A DNA stretch of 33,768 nucleotides. Source: a virus. Taxonomy: Duplodnaviria; Caudoviricetes. Every line of letters begins with the position of its first letter. Positions within the stretch are counted from its first letter, which is position 1. The stretch spans positions 1-33,768 of IMG/VR virus record IMGVR_UViG_3300011339_000560, one strand, 5' to 3'. Of this stretch, positions 1 through 10,222 are shown piece after piece. The position numbers and the translations under genes were made by a program. The notes under the pieces are model-generated. The model was given only the letters and a program-made list of their open reading frames with translations. It was not told the DNA's origin and searched no databases.

Positions 1-2
1 TT

Positions 3-1682
3 ACCCAATCAGGCGGTAACTTCATTCACACATTCACATCTTCTGGCGCACTTAGCCCTTTGTCATCTGTAACAGCAAGTTACTTAATCGTTGCTGGTGG
101 TGGTGCAGGTGGTGGCGCACAAGATACTGCTGGAGGTGGCGGTGCGGGTGCTGGTGGATTGCGGTCAGGTTCTGGAATAACGCTTGATTCCAATTCAATT
201 TACACAATTACTGTCGGTGGTGGCGGTACAGGCGCATTGCAAGCAAACGGCTCAAAAGGTAGCGATTCTGCATTTTTTGGGATTACATCAACTGGTGGTG
301 GATATGGTGCGGTAGAAGGCTCAACTGCACCAAACTACTATGGTGTTGGTGGAGATGGTGGTTCGGGTGGTGGTGGCTCTAGAGGCGGTGCGGGAGGTTC
401 TGGTAATACTCCATCCACTTCACCATCACAAGGAAATAATGCTGGCACATCCGCAGACAAAGGTGCGGCTGGTGGTGGTGGTTCTAGTGCTGTTGGAGGA
501 AATGGCGGTGCAACAACGGGCGGTAATGGAGGTGCTGGTACGGCATCAAGCATTACTGGTTCTAGCGTTACCTATGCTGGAGGTGGTGGCGGTGGTGTTT
601 ACACAACTGGCACAACAGGAACTGGCGGGTCAGGTGGCGGTGGAAATGGTGGCGCACCAAACGGAAACAATGGTATTGCTGGCACAGCCAACACGGGTGG
701 AGGTGGTGGTGGTGCATCTGGAGGCGGTTCAACACAAAGAAGCGGTGGAAATGGTGGCTCTGGCGTTGTAATCATCTCTTACGCTGGCTCACAAGTGTTT
801 ACTGGTGGCACAGTCACATCTTCTGGTGGCAACACTATTCACACATTTACTTCTAGCGGGTCTTTAACTGGTGGCTATGTTGATTATTTAGTTGTTGCTG
901 GTGGAGGTGGTGGCGGTGGTGATGCTGCTGGTGGTGGCGGTGCTGGTGGTTATCGCGCTATAACTGGCTCTACATTAGTCAAAGGCACTACCTATACAGT
1001 CACAGTCGGTGCTGGTGGCTCTGGAACAACAGCATCATCTGTCGGTGGAAAAGGTACTGACTCAGTATTTTCTGGGACTACTTCTACTGGCGGTGGTGGT
1101 GGAAAATCTGGAAGTTCATTTACCCCACTATCTCAAGCGGATGGTGGCTCTGGTGGTGGTGGTCACGGAGAGGGCGCAGTATCTAACTACTCTAGTGCTG
1201 GTAATGGCAACACCCCATCAACTTCACCATCTCAAGGTAGAAATGGTGGTACTGGTGACCAAACTAGTGTAGGTGGTGGTGGTGGTGGCGGTGGTGCGTC
1301 TGCCACAGGAACTGCTGGAAGTACAGTTGCTGGTGGTAATGGTGGTGCTGGAACTGCAAACAGTATTACAGGCTCATCTGTCACCTATGCGGGTGGCGGT
1401 GGTGGTGCTACAAGAACTGGAACTAGTGGTTCGGGTGGCGCTGGAGGCGGTGGTGCGGGTGGAAGAAACACTACCAATATCAATGGTAGTGCTGGAACTG
1501 CTAACTTAGGTGGAGGTGGTGGTGGCGGTGGAACAACTGGTGGTAATGGTGGTTCAGGCGTAGTCATCTTGTCTATTCCAACAGTTAGTTACTCAGGCAC
1601 GACAACTGGCTCACCAACTGTCACAACAACTGGAACAAGAACAATTCTGACTTACACATCGTCAGGTTCATACACGGCATAA
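3..1682 (+). CDS. Glycine-rich repeat virion/tail-fibre-associated protein, 5'-truncated
   Basis: Frame is open from the window start (TQSGGNFIHTFTSSG...). Repeated modules YL(I/V)VAGGG...GGSGVVI(I/L)S...(H/L)T(F/Y)TSSG are typical of phage glycine-rich domain proteins. Confidence 0.8.
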   Translation, partial: TQSGGNFIHTFTSSGALSPLSSVTASYLIVAGGGAGGGAQDTAGGGGAGAGGLRSGSGITLDSNSIYTITVGGGGTGALQANGSKGSDSAFFGITSTGGGYGAVEGSTAPNYYGVGGDGGSGGGGSRGGAGGSGNTPSTSPSQGNNAGTSADKGAAGGGGSSAVGGNGGATTGGNGGAGTASSITGSSVTYAGGGGGGVYTTGTTGTGGSGGGGNGGAPNGNNGIAGTANTGGGGGGASGGGSTQRSGGNGGSGVVIISYAGSQVFTGGTVTSSGGNTIHTFTSSGSLTGGYVDYLVVAGGGGGGGDAAGGGGAGGYRAITGSTLVKGTTYTVTVGAGGSGTTASSVGGKGTDSVFSGTTSTGGGGGKSGSSFTPLSQADGGSGGGGHGEGAVSNYSSAGNGNTPSTSPSQGRNGGTGDQTSVGGGGGGGGASATGTAGSTVAGGNGGAGTANSITGSSVTYAGGGGGATRTGTSGSGGAGGGGAGGRNTTNINGSAGTANLGGGGGGGGTTGGNGGSGVVILSIPTVSYSGTTTGSPTVTTTGTRTILTYTSSGSYTA

Positions 1683-1692
1683 GGAGAAACAA

Positions 1693-2028
1693 ATGCACTT
1701 TGCAAAAGTAGAAAACGGGATAGTCACTCAGGTAATCGTTGCCGAGCAAGATGTCATTGACTCTGGCATCTTTGGTCACGGATGGGTGCAAACCTCATAC
1801 AACACGCATGGCGGTCAACATCCAGAAGGCAGACCACTACGCAAGAACTACGCTGGTATTGGCTACACCTATGATGAACAGCGTGATGCTTTTATTCCTC
1901 CACAGCCATATCCATCATGGGTCTTGAATGAAGAGACTTGTTTGTGGGATTGCCCCGTTGCTATGCCGACAGAGGGTGGACCATACACTTGGAATGAAGC
2001 AACTCAGACTTGGGATGCCATTGCATGA
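1693..2028 (+). CDS. Conserved small phage protein usually found after Gly-rich fibre genes (possible fibre assembly factor)
   Basis: RBS AAGGAG. Motifs MHFAK..IVTQVIVA, WVQTSYN, RKNYAGIGYTYD..RDAFIPPQPYPSW. Confidence 0.75.
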   Translation: MHFAKVENGIVTQVIVAEQDVIDSGIFGHGWVQTSYNTHGGQHPEGRPLRKNYAGIGYTYDEQRDAFIPPQPYPSWVLNEETCLWDCPVAMPTEGGPYTWNEATQTWDAIA

Positions 2029-2354
2029 GTACCAACGCATTTACAAAACTAGGCAACACCGTAGCGTTTCTCGCTAATACGGCAGCTCCTACTGCTGTGC
2101 AATGCGTATCTACTACGCTTGGTGGCAACCAATACCGCATCATCAACTCTGGCTCTGTTGTCGTATTCCTTGGCTACGGCACAAGTGCTAGTGATGCTGC
2201 TAACAACTGTGCAGTCGTAACGACTACAGGACCATCTTTCCCGCTATTGGCTGGAACTGATGAGATTCTTACCTTTGTGCCAAACGCTTACTTTACGGGC
2301 ATTACGGCTAGTGGCAACGCTACTATCTATATCACGCCCGGAGATGGGATGTAA
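2025..2354 (+). CDS. Small beta-rich putative virion protein (paralog of 10430-10786)
   Basis: ATG 2025 overlaps the upstream stop (ATGA). Contains NQY motif and C-terminal YITPGDGM. Confidence 0.65.
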   Translation: MSTNAFTKLGNTVAFLANTAAPTAVQCVSTTLGGNQYRIINSGSVVVFLGYGTSASDAANNCAVVTTTGPSFPLLAGTDEILTFVPNAYFTGITASGNATIYITPGDGM

Positions 2355-2356
2355 TC

Positions 2357-2866
2357 ATGTTAAAGACAGTAGTATCAATTGGTGGTGGTAGCGGGACTAA
2401 CGGCACAGTAACTAGCGTAGGCACGGGTACTGGGCTTACTGGCGGTCCTATCACGACCACAGGCAACATATCGCTTGCCAATACTGCTGTTGTTGCTGGC
2501 TCTTATGGAACTGCAAATACAGTCTCTCAAGTCACCATAGATGCACAGGGACGCATTACTAGCGCTGCTAATGTATCCATTGCTATTGCTAATTCTGCTG
2601 TGTCAGGTCTTGGCACAATGGCTATTCAGAACGCTAGTGCTGTAGCTATTACTGGTGGCAACATCAATTCGACTTCTCATTCTGGCGGCACATTTGCAAA
2701 CATTAACGTCACAAGCGGAAACGTAGTGGCTAACGTGACTGTGACCAACACAACCGCAGCAAGTGCAACATTCGCAACATCTAGTTTGCCTCTTGTTCCT
2801 GCTGGTTACATTCAAATTCAGTTAGCCAACGCTACTGTTGTCAAAGTCCCTTACTACGCTGCCTAA
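2357..2866 (+). CDS. Short tail-fibre-like protein
   Basis: GTVTSVGTGTGLTGGPITTTG and VTIDAQGRITSA fibre-type motifs; Thr/Ser/Asn/Ala rich. Confidence 0.65.
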   Translation: MLKTVVSIGGGSGTNGTVTSVGTGTGLTGGPITTTGNISLANTAVVAGSYGTANTVSQVTIDAQGRITSAANVSIAIANSAVSGLGTMAIQNASAVAITGGNINSTSHSGGTFANINVTSGNVVANVTVTNTTAASATFATSSLPLVPAGYIQIQLANATVVKVPYYAA

Positions 2867-2867
2867 C

Positions 2868-3101
2868 ATGGAATTTCAGTCTATTTTTAACTTAATCGGT
2901 GGTGCAATCCTAGTCGCTGTGGGCTGGTGGTGCAAAGAGATTTGGGATTCTGTGAAGAAGCTCAAGGAGGACATACAAGCCATTGAGGTTGATTTGCCTA
3001 AGAACTATGTCAGCAAGTACGACATTGACGCTCGGTTAGACAAAATTGACCAAGTGCTAGAGAGAATCTTTGACAAGCTAGATGGAAAGGCAGACAAGTG
3101 A
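2868..3101 (+). CDS. Small membrane-anchored coiled-coil protein
   Basis: ATG just after the previous stop. N-terminal TM segment (IFNLIGGAILVAVGWW) followed by heptad-like helix ending LDGKADK. Confidence 0.65.
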   Translation: MEFQSIFNLIGGAILVAVGWWCKEIWDSVKKLKEDIQAIEVDLPKNYVSKYDIDARLDKIDQVLERIFDKLDGKADK

Positions 3102-3442
3102 ATTTTGATACCTTGTCAGTTGTAGAGTACGGCAACGATGACTCTTTGCAGGAGTTTTTGTTCGAGAACGGCTTACAACACAAGTTATTCCAAGAAACAT
3201 TCATGGATGCTGGCATAACTGTGCCTATTTTCCCTTTAACAGACGCTCAAACCTCTAATTTAGATGACTGGTTACTCGCCCATCAGGTCGAACATCAAGC
3301 CTTTTCTAGCCTCTTAGGATTGAATAATCCCTTCAATATGTTGGATGTGGACTTCAATAATGAGTCAGATTTCTACGACTGGATAGCCAGCCATTTGTAC
3401 ATTCACCAACAGATAGCTGCGTCCCTTAACTTGAGTTCTTGA
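3098..3442 (+). CDS. Hypothetical protein, acidic with HxxxH motifs
   Basis: GTGA-coupled start; HQVEH and HLYIH motifs. Confidence 0.65.
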   Translation: MNFDTLSVVEYGNDDSLQEFLFENGLQHKLFQETFMDAGITVPIFPLTDAQTSNLDDWLLAHQVEHQAFSSLLGLNNPFNMLDVDFNNESDFYDWIASHLYIHQQIAASLNLSS

Positions 3443-3444
3443 GC

Positions 3445-3906
3445 ATGAATAACCTTCCCCCGCCCCAAAAAAAATCAGGTTTTTCGGATTCTGAGGTGAT
3501 GAGCCAAGTCAAGAAGGAACGTGGCGAATCTCCCAAGATGTCCACCCTAGACATACTAACCAAGAGTACTGGTGGAAAGATAGACCCTGCTCGGTTTGAG
3601 GCGGTGTTGGCTGAGACTGCTCGGACAAACCCAAAGGTCAGAATCATTAGAGCTAACAACTCTTTGTTCATCATTCACAACGATGGACAAGGCGGTGCTG
3701 ACGTAATCATGGAAACTGCTGACAAGCCAAGAGAATTGGTTGATAGCCTAAAACAGTTTGGTCAGGCAATGAAGGCTGGAAACTTTAAGTCTCTTAGATT
3801 TGAGGTTTCTAACCCTGACATTATTCGTGCCATAAAGATGGGTGGCTTTGAGCCTAAGTTGAGTGGTGTTGGTGGTCAGCAAATGTCTGCTGTAGTGGAG
3901 CTATAA
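3445..3906 (+). CDS. Hypothetical protein (start uncertain: 3439/3445/3499)
   Basis: Open frame fills the gap in a tightly packed operon. Confidence 0.6.
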   Translation: MNNLPPPQKKSGFSDSEVMSQVKKERGESPKMSTLDILTKSTGGKIDPARFEAVLAETARTNPKVRIIRANNSLFIIHNDGQGGADVIMETADKPRELVDSLKQFGQAMKAGNFKSLRFEVSNPDIIRAIKMGGFEPKLSGVGGQQMSAVVEL

Positions 3907-4713
3907 ATGTCAAATTACGTTGCAAGTAGAACAACGCCTGTTCAATCAGCAGTTAACTCTGTTAACACTACTGCTGACAAGATAGCCCGTAATCCTCTGC
4001 CAGTCATTGAAACTGCGGTGCTAACTGCCGTGCTGACTCCAGTATTAGGACCGGGTGCAGGACCAGCCGCTTCTGCTGCGGTAACTTATTTAAATGGCGG
4101 TTCTCCTGAAGATGCTGCCAAGGCTGGAGCAGTTTCCTTTGCTGGACAACAAGCGGGTGAAGCCTATGCCCCTGCTTCTCAAGCCCCAGACAACATTGAC
4201 GTTGGTGGTGGTTTTAATCCTGCTACTGGTGCGGGTGACCCTACAACTGCTGCTGGTGCTAATGTGCCTACGCCCGTAGAAAAAGCGGGAGTTAAAGGTG
4301 CTACATCAGGAGCAACAAGAGCTGCATTGAAGGGTGGTTCTGCTGAAGAAATTGTTTCTGGCGGTATTGTTGGCGGCGCTTCTGGTTATGGAGGTGCTGC
4401 CGCTAGTGAAGAATTAGGACTTCAGCCGGGTTCTTTTGAAAGTGGGTTGACACAAACAATAGTTGGTCAGTCTATAGGTAACTATTTAAGCCCTACAAGG
4501 TCTGCACAGACTGAGGGTGGTGGCGCAACACCTTCCCCAACAAGCGTAACTACAACGGGTGCTGGACAATCGCCCGGTTCACAGGCATTGTCTCAAGCAC
4601 TAAGAATTGGTGACCCCGGTGCGCCAATATTCGGTGGTGACAAGGACAAAGAGGGTGCTAAAAAGTCAGGTTGGAACGTAGAGTCTCTACGCTATATGGG
4701 TCAGGAGAGTTAA
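3907..4713 (+). CDS. Gly/Ala-rich putative internal virion (ejection) protein
   Basis: Low-complexity G/A/S/T/P composition; first of four abutting large genes after the tail genes. Confidence 0.55.
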   Translation: MSNYVASRTTPVQSAVNSVNTTADKIARNPLPVIETAVLTAVLTPVLGPGAGPAASAAVTYLNGGSPEDAAKAGAVSFAGQQAGEAYAPASQAPDNIDVGGGFNPATGAGDPTTAAGANVPTPVEKAGVKGATSGATRAALKGGSAEEIVSGGIVGGASGYGGAAASEELGLQPGSFESGLTQTIVGQSIGNYLSPTRSAQTEGGGATPSPTSVTTTGAGQSPGSQALSQALRIGDPGAPIFGGDKDKEGAKKSGWNVESLRYMGQES

Positions 4714-5745
4714 ATGAAGAAGATTGCCAAACTGCTTAAAGCAGACTTTAACGAATCTAGCGACTTGGCTTCAATTGCAGCCATGTTGCAGGGTAAAGGT
4801 CGAGGTAAAGATACCATCCTTGCCCACATTACTCCGAGAGAAGCTGAAATCCTCAAAGCTGCGGGTGGCTCTGGCACTACCAATCCTGAAACTGGTTTGC
4901 TAGAGTTTCAAGAGGTTGATTCTTTTGTTGGAGAACCTTATACAACGGTTTATGAACCAACATACGAACAAGAAGCCGGACAATTTGAACCCGGTGGCTT
5001 TTATGGGGGTGAATCACCAGCACAAATTCAACCTACACAGCCTTCAGCATATGAACAAACAAGCCAAGCACAAGACGTTATGTTCGCTGGACCGAGCGCT
5101 GGAGTGCCGCAAGGACAGGCTTTGCCAACAGGCGAGGGGGCTGCATTTTCTCCTACTGGTGTGCCGTATACGCCTAGAGATTTGGCAAGAATATCAACGG
5201 GCGCAGCGCCTCTTTCTCAAGCCCCAACAGCCGTTCCCACGCCCCAAGAAAAATCGTTTTTTGACAAGATGTCAACGCAAGACATGGTTCGCCTCGGACT
5301 TGCTGGTGGTCTAGGAATCTATGGTGCTACCCAAGCTAAGAAGGGCGCTAAACAAGCAGAGCAAGTGGCAGCACAGCAACGCGCTATTGCCGAGCCTTAC
5401 CAAGCCAAAGGCAAAGAGTTGATTCGCTCTGCACAAGCTGGCGAGTTAACCCCAACAGGACAGCAGTCATTACAAGCCCTACAAGCCCGTCTAGCACAGG
5501 GAGCAGAGGCTAGGGGCGGTGTAGGTACTGCACAAGCGACAGCGCAAGCGGAAGCCTATCGTCAGCAGTTATTAGCTCAACAATATGACCTTGGATTGAA
5601 AGTCTCTAATATTGGTGACAATATTGCTTTGGGAGCTATTAAGACTGGTTTACAAGCTGACCAAGCATTAAGCCAAGCAAGTACAAACTTCTATACTAAT
5701 TTGGCTGCAATTGGCGGTGGTATTCCAATATCGAGGGAAAAATAA
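4714..5745 (+). CDS. Putative ejection/pilot protein
   Basis: GRGKDTILAHITPREAEILKAAGGSGTTNPETGLLEF motif, Gly-rich hydrophobic segment, Gln/Ala-rich helical C-terminus. Confidence 0.6.
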   Translation: MKKIAKLLKADFNESSDLASIAAMLQGKGRGKDTILAHITPREAEILKAAGGSGTTNPETGLLEFQEVDSFVGEPYTTVYEPTYEQEAGQFEPGGFYGGESPAQIQPTQPSAYEQTSQAQDVMFAGPSAGVPQGQALPTGEGAAFSPTGVPYTPRDLARISTGAAPLSQAPTAVPTPQEKSFFDKMSTQDMVRLGLAGGLGIYGATQAKKGAKQAEQVAAQQRAIAEPYQAKGKELIRSAQAGELTPTGQQSLQALQARLAQGAEARGGVGTAQATAQAEAYRQQLLAQQYDLGLKVSNIGDNIALGAIKTGLQADQALSQASTNFYTNLAAIGGGIPISREK

Positions 5746-7274
5746 TGGCTGAACAAACATCCGACATTGTTCCTGAGTTGGCTGAATTAAGAAAGCCATA
5801 TGTCTTGCCTATGCCTGACCCTTTTAGAACGCAGACAAGCGCTGCGGTCACGGGCGAAACCATGCCAAAAATTGACAGAAAGGCATTAGGTCAGACTGGC
5901 ACTAGAGGCGAAATGACAAATATCCGGCAACAACAAGCAGATTTGTTGCAACAGGAAGCCGAGTCTAAAAGATATATTGGTGAGCAAGAGCAACAAATTG
6001 CTGAGTACAAAGCCAAAGGTCAAGCAGACATAGCAAGGCAAGAGGGTGAGCAAGCTAGACAAATTTCTCAGTCAGTAGAAGACTTTAGAAAAAAGAATCC
6101 TGCTCCAGAACTCTCCCCAACAAAAGACAATGTTCAATCTTTGTCTACCTTGTTTGGCTTAATTGGCGTTATTGGTATGGCTATGGGCGGTGCTGGAAAG
6201 CAGTCTGCAACCGCATCATTGAACGCTATGGGCGGGATGATGAAGGGATGGCAACAGGGTCGTGCTGACTTATGGAAAAGAGAAGTACAAGAGTTTGACA
6301 AAAATATGCTTACTTGGAAATCCAAGTTAGATGATGCTATTAAAAAAGCAGAAGCAGCATACAAAGTCTTGCCATACAACAGGGCAGAAGCTGAATCACG
6401 GCTAAACGAAGTAATTACTACTTTGGGTAGCGGTGTACTTAAAGAAAAAAATAGACTGCAAGGTTTTGAGCCAACATACAAAATGTTGGAAAACTTACAC
6501 AAAGATTCTGAGTTTGTGATGAAAGAGTCTGGTGTTGAACGTAGACATCAGGAGTCGATTGCGGCTAATAAAGAGCTAGAGCAAATGCGCGAAAAAGCTG
6601 CCGCAGAGAGAGCAGAAGATGCCGCCAGACAAAAACTAATGGACGATGTGCGTAAGAGACAGCTTGGTCCAATAGACAAAAAAGGGGCTGAAGCAAAGGG
6701 TTTGAAACCTCCGGCAAAAATCATAGAAGGCTATATAGCAAACACGCAACTAAAAACAGACGTAGAAGATATTGCTAAAGACTTAAAAAATCCTAAACTG
6801 CAAGAACAAATTAAAAAGTACAGAGCAGAAGCATTTTTGACAGAGGAAGGAAAGATATTGAACCAGATAATTTCTGGTGACATTCCTACTGAACTACGTC
6901 AGTTCTTGACAAAAATTCGTGACGTGCGTAATAACTACTACCTCAACATTTCTGGTAAAGCTGTTACTGGTGGCGAGGCTTTGCGTAACTACGGCGTTGT
7001 TCCTCAACCCGGTGATTCCGCAGAAGTAATGATGGACAAACTAAAAGGTATGTCTAAGCGTATCGGTGACCAAGTTTCTGGTATGCAACAGTTATTTAAG
7101 TTGCCAGACATTCAGCTTACTCCGGGTGCGCCAACATCCTTGAGAGCAAATGAAGACTACTCATTGCGTGGCGCAGGAACATTAGAGTTCAGTTCTGTTG
7201 AAGAAGTTAACGCAGCCAGACTTCCTAGCGGGACAAGAGTCATGATTAATGGCAGATTGGCAGAGGTGGAGTAA
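5745..7274 (+). CDS. Putative ejection protein (helical, one hydrophobic segment)
   Basis: 509 aa coiled-coil rich with LFGLIGVIGMAMGG; TAATG coupling; podovirus internal-protein position. Confidence 0.6.
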   Translation: MAEQTSDIVPELAELRKPYVLPMPDPFRTQTSAAVTGETMPKIDRKALGQTGTRGEMTNIRQQQADLLQQEAESKRYIGEQEQQIAEYKAKGQADIARQEGEQARQISQSVEDFRKKNPAPELSPTKDNVQSLSTLFGLIGVIGMAMGGAGKQSATASLNAMGGMMKGWQQGRADLWKREVQEFDKNMLTWKSKLDDAIKKAEAAYKVLPYNRAEAESRLNEVITTLGSGVLKEKNRLQGFEPTYKMLENLHKDSEFVMKESGVERRHQESIAANKELEQMREKAAAERAEDAARQKLMDDVRKRQLGPIDKKGAEAKGLKPPAKIIEGYIANTQLKTDVEDIAKDLKNPKLQEQIKKYRAEAFLTEEGKILNQIISGDIPTELRQFLTKIRDVRNNYYLNISGKAVTGGEALRNYGVVPQPGDSAEVMMDKLKGMSKRIGDQVSGMQQLFKLPDIQLTPGAPTSLRANEDYSLRGAGTLEFSSVEEVNAARLPSGTRVMINGRLAEVE

Positions 7275-7276
7275 TC

Positions 7277-9757
7277 ATGGGCGTTAAATTTATAGATGAA
7301 CAGCCACCTCAAACCAAGGGTGTAAAGTTTCTTGATGAAACCAAAGAAGCTCCACAGCCAACATTTTTAGAGAGAGCTAAGAAGGTTGGTGAAGAATCTT
7401 TGACAGGCGGCATATTTGGCGCTGCTGCTTCAGAAATGATGCAAGCAACGGGTCAAGGAATCAAGAGGATTGGTCAAGCGGCTGGTCCTTATGGACGTAT
7501 ACCTACGGCAGTTGGCAGCGCGATTGAGGCTGGTGGCACGGCTATGAAGGGTGCAAGACCCGCCAGTTTCTTTGCTGGAACTATTGGCGGCGCTGGCGGT
7601 GAGACTGCCGGTCAAGTTGTTGAATCTAAGTATGGACCGGGCTTGGGCGCGGAAACAGCGCGTTTACTGGGCGCTACGCTTACACCAGTCCCGTTAGAGT
7701 ATTTGGGAACACAAACAGGAAAGTTAATAGGAACTTTGGCTGGCAAGTTTGTGCCGGGTATGGCTACAGCTAAGACTGTTGGTCAATTGCTGCAAGAGCA
7801 AAACATTAGACCTCAAAGCCTAACCGCAGAGCAAAGAGCGTTTATTGAGAAAAAGATAGCAGACATTCGCGGTGGACAGCGTTCTATTGATGCTGAAAAA
7901 GAAATTGTAGATATGCTCAAGACTGGCGCTGGCAAGATAACTCAGCAAGCAGCCATGACTGCCGAGCAGTTAGAAGCCTCTGCTAGAAGCCAGTCTCAGG
8001 CAATTTTGACTGAAGCACAGCAAACAGCACAAAGAATTCGTGATAGCGCCCGTGCGCTGAGTCCTGCACAAAGACAGATTTCTGAAGCAGATGCTCAGTC
8101 TGTCTTGCAAAAGGGTCAACAAGAAGCTGCTCGGATAGAAAAACAATTCCGCGACCAGATTGCCGAGATGAGAGGCAAAGCTGGTAAGTTGACTACACGC
8201 GCAGCAAAAGGTACTGAAGAGGCTAGGAAGACATTGGCTGCCGTTGGTACACCTCAAACGCCTACTGAGACAGGACGGTCTATTAGAGAGGTTGTTGCGC
8301 CTATTTTTGAGAATCTGAAAAAGGTTCGGGCAGACAATGCTGAGAAGTTCAAAGGCGAAGCATTTGGAGAAGCTCTAAACAAAGAACGGGCTGGACAAAG
8401 AGTTTCTAATACAAAATCGTTTCAAGAGGCTATGTCTTCTATTGATAACGCTATCAAGAATCCTGAAACCAAACTAAGAAATGTGTCTATCGCTGAAGTG
8501 GAGTCTCAACTTCAAAAGGTAAGACGAGCGCTTGACCCAGTAAAAGAAGTTGATGGAGTAGCTGTTGGTGAGCCAGTCAGCTTTCAGGGTTTAGAGAATC
8601 TAAGAAGATTCTTGCGTGACAGAGCCTATGGTTTACCCGCAGAGGGTTTTGACGCTATTGGACAAAAGCAAGCGGGTGAACTCGCTGAAGCAGTAGAGAA
8701 AATACAAAGAGAGTTTTCTCCAAAGATAGGCAAGTTTCTTGAGCAATACAAGGCTGACTCTGAACCCTTAAACAGATTTAAAACCAAGCTAGGCGAAGCT
8801 CTTGTTGGCAAGGAAGAGTTTGATATGACTCGCTTTGCTACCGACCCCGCAGAGCTAGCAAACAAAGTTTTTAAGTCTGAGACAAGCGTAAAAGATTTGA
8901 TGCAATTGCTTGGCAAAGACGCTAGAAGCGCAGAGCAATTTGCTAGAGGCGTTGTTGCAAACAAGTTGCAAGATGCTACTGGGAAAGATATACAAAAGTT
9001 TGTCACCAGTAATGCTGATTGGTTAAATCAGTTTCCTCAATTAAGACAACAGCTAGAGGCGGCTGCCACAACGATAGGTCGTGCAGAGGGCTTTGGTGGG
9101 GCGAGAACTACTCTTGCTGACACGCTTAGAACTGGCGCTACAAAACTTGCGGATGTCATTCCGACTAAGACTGGCGCTATTCTTAGCACGGCAGAAAAAG
9201 AAGCTGAGAGGGCGGCTCAAGAGCGTATTAAGGGCGCTGCCAAGGGCTTGAAAGGCGAGAAGAAGCTGGCTGCTGGTGTGCTTGAGCGAGGCGAAAAAGA
9301 GGCTGCTGACATCACAAAAGCGGCTGGTACAGAAGCGCAGAGAATCCGCGCAGAAGCTCAGACCCGTGCAGACACCATTCTCAAAGGCACGACTGATGCC
9401 GACAGAGTTCGCCAGATTATTCTTGGTACAGATGATGCTGCTTGGAAAGAAACCTCCAAGATTGTTTTGTCTACTCCCGGTGGCAAGGAAAAGTTTGCTG
9501 ATGCCGTAAACCAAATCATTGCCGATAAAGCACAAGGCAGTCTTAAAGGCGCTATTGATGATTGGAAATATATTGGTCAACGCTTGATTGACAACGGTCT
9601 TATGGATTCAAAAAAGGTAGCAGAGACTGCCGCCAAGTTACAAGAGATTTTTGTAGCCCCAGTTGATTTGCGGAGAAAAACCACTATGGCTGAGAGACTA
9701 GTTAGAAATGCTTTGGTTGGCTATGTTGCGCCAGCAGCAGTAAGGGTGTTGGACTAA
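7277..9757 (+). CDS. Large putative ejection protein
   Basis: 826 aa Ala/Glu/Lys/Gln helical protein with Gly-rich N-terminal segment; last and largest of the cluster. Confidence 0.6.
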   Translation: MGVKFIDEQPPQTKGVKFLDETKEAPQPTFLERAKKVGEESLTGGIFGAAASEMMQATGQGIKRIGQAAGPYGRIPTAVGSAIEAGGTAMKGARPASFFAGTIGGAGGETAGQVVESKYGPGLGAETARLLGATLTPVPLEYLGTQTGKLIGTLAGKFVPGMATAKTVGQLLQEQNIRPQSLTAEQRAFIEKKIADIRGGQRSIDAEKEIVDMLKTGAGKITQQAAMTAEQLEASARSQSQAILTEAQQTAQRIRDSARALSPAQRQISEADAQSVLQKGQQEAARIEKQFRDQIAEMRGKAGKLTTRAAKGTEEARKTLAAVGTPQTPTETGRSIREVVAPIFENLKKVRADNAEKFKGEAFGEALNKERAGQRVSNTKSFQEAMSSIDNAIKNPETKLRNVSIAEVESQLQKVRRALDPVKEVDGVAVGEPVSFQGLENLRRFLRDRAYGLPAEGFDAIGQKQAGELAEAVEKIQREFSPKIGKFLEQYKADSEPLNRFKTKLGEALVGKEEFDMTRFATDPAELANKVFKSETSVKDLMQLLGKDARSAEQFARGVVANKLQDATGKDIQKFVTSNADWLNQFPQLRQQLEAAATTIGRAEGFGGARTTLADTLRTGATKLADVIPTKTGAILSTAEKEAERAAQERIKGAAKGLKGEKKLAAGVLERGEKEAADITKAAGTEAQRIRAEAQTRADTILKGTTDADRVRQIILGTDDAAWKETSKIVLSTPGGKEKFADAVNQIIADKAQGSLKGAIDDWKYIGQRLIDNGLMDSKKVAETAAKLQEIFVAPVDLRRKTTMAERLVRNALVGYVAPAAVRVLD

Positions 9758-9963
9758 TGGCTAAGAAGCAAAAAGGGATAAACCCCGACCTAGAGGACGC
9801 AATCTCTACGATGCTTAAATCGGTAATGACAGACCCAATGGCAAGCATTACAGACAAGACCAAAGTGATTGACCGCGCCCTCAAGCTCGAAGCTATCAAG
9901 CTCAAGATGTCAGATGACGAATGGGGAGCTGGCTTTGCTAATGTTGATGAAGAAGACGAATAG
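9757..9963 (+). CDS. Hypothetical protein
   Basis: TAATG-coupled 68 aa helical ORF with acidic tail. Confidence 0.65.
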   Translation: MAKKQKGINPDLEDAISTMLKSVMTDPMASITDKTKVIDRALKLEAIKLKMSDDEWGAGFANVDEEDE

Positions 9964-9972
9964 GGTTAGACT
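9944..9972 (+). promoter_or_regulatory. Candidate sigma70 promoter upstream of the membrane/lysis cluster
   Basis: TTGATG-N17-TAGACT ahead of the RBS for 10001. Confidence 0.3.
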
Positions 9973-10000
9973 ATGGTTTTCATCAATAAAGGGGATAAAT

Positions 10001-10222
10001 ATGGACGGGATTGCTTTGGTACGCCTAGCATTGGGGGTCATTACAGACCGGCTCATCACGATTTTGGTTCTAATTTCGACCAGCATCATGTGTGGGTGGA
10101 CAATGTGGAATCCGATGTGGGAGCGAGTGACAACCCTTGCGATATTTACCGTTTTCGCATATCTTCTAGTAAGAGTCAAAGAAAGGACTTCAAATGAGCA
10201 AGAGCAGACCACAACAACGTGA
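10001..10222 (+). CDS. Small two-TM membrane protein
   Basis: RBS AAGGGG before ATG 10001; two hydrophobic helices. Confidence 0.65.
   Translation: MDGIALVRLALGVITDRLITILVLISTSIMCGWTMWNPMWERVTTLAIFTVFAYLLVRVKERTSNEQEQTTTT

Noticed and set aside
338-1567. Alternative-frame and antisense Val- or Pro-rich ORFs
   Set aside because: Shadows of GGT/GGC repeats in the glycine-rich gene.
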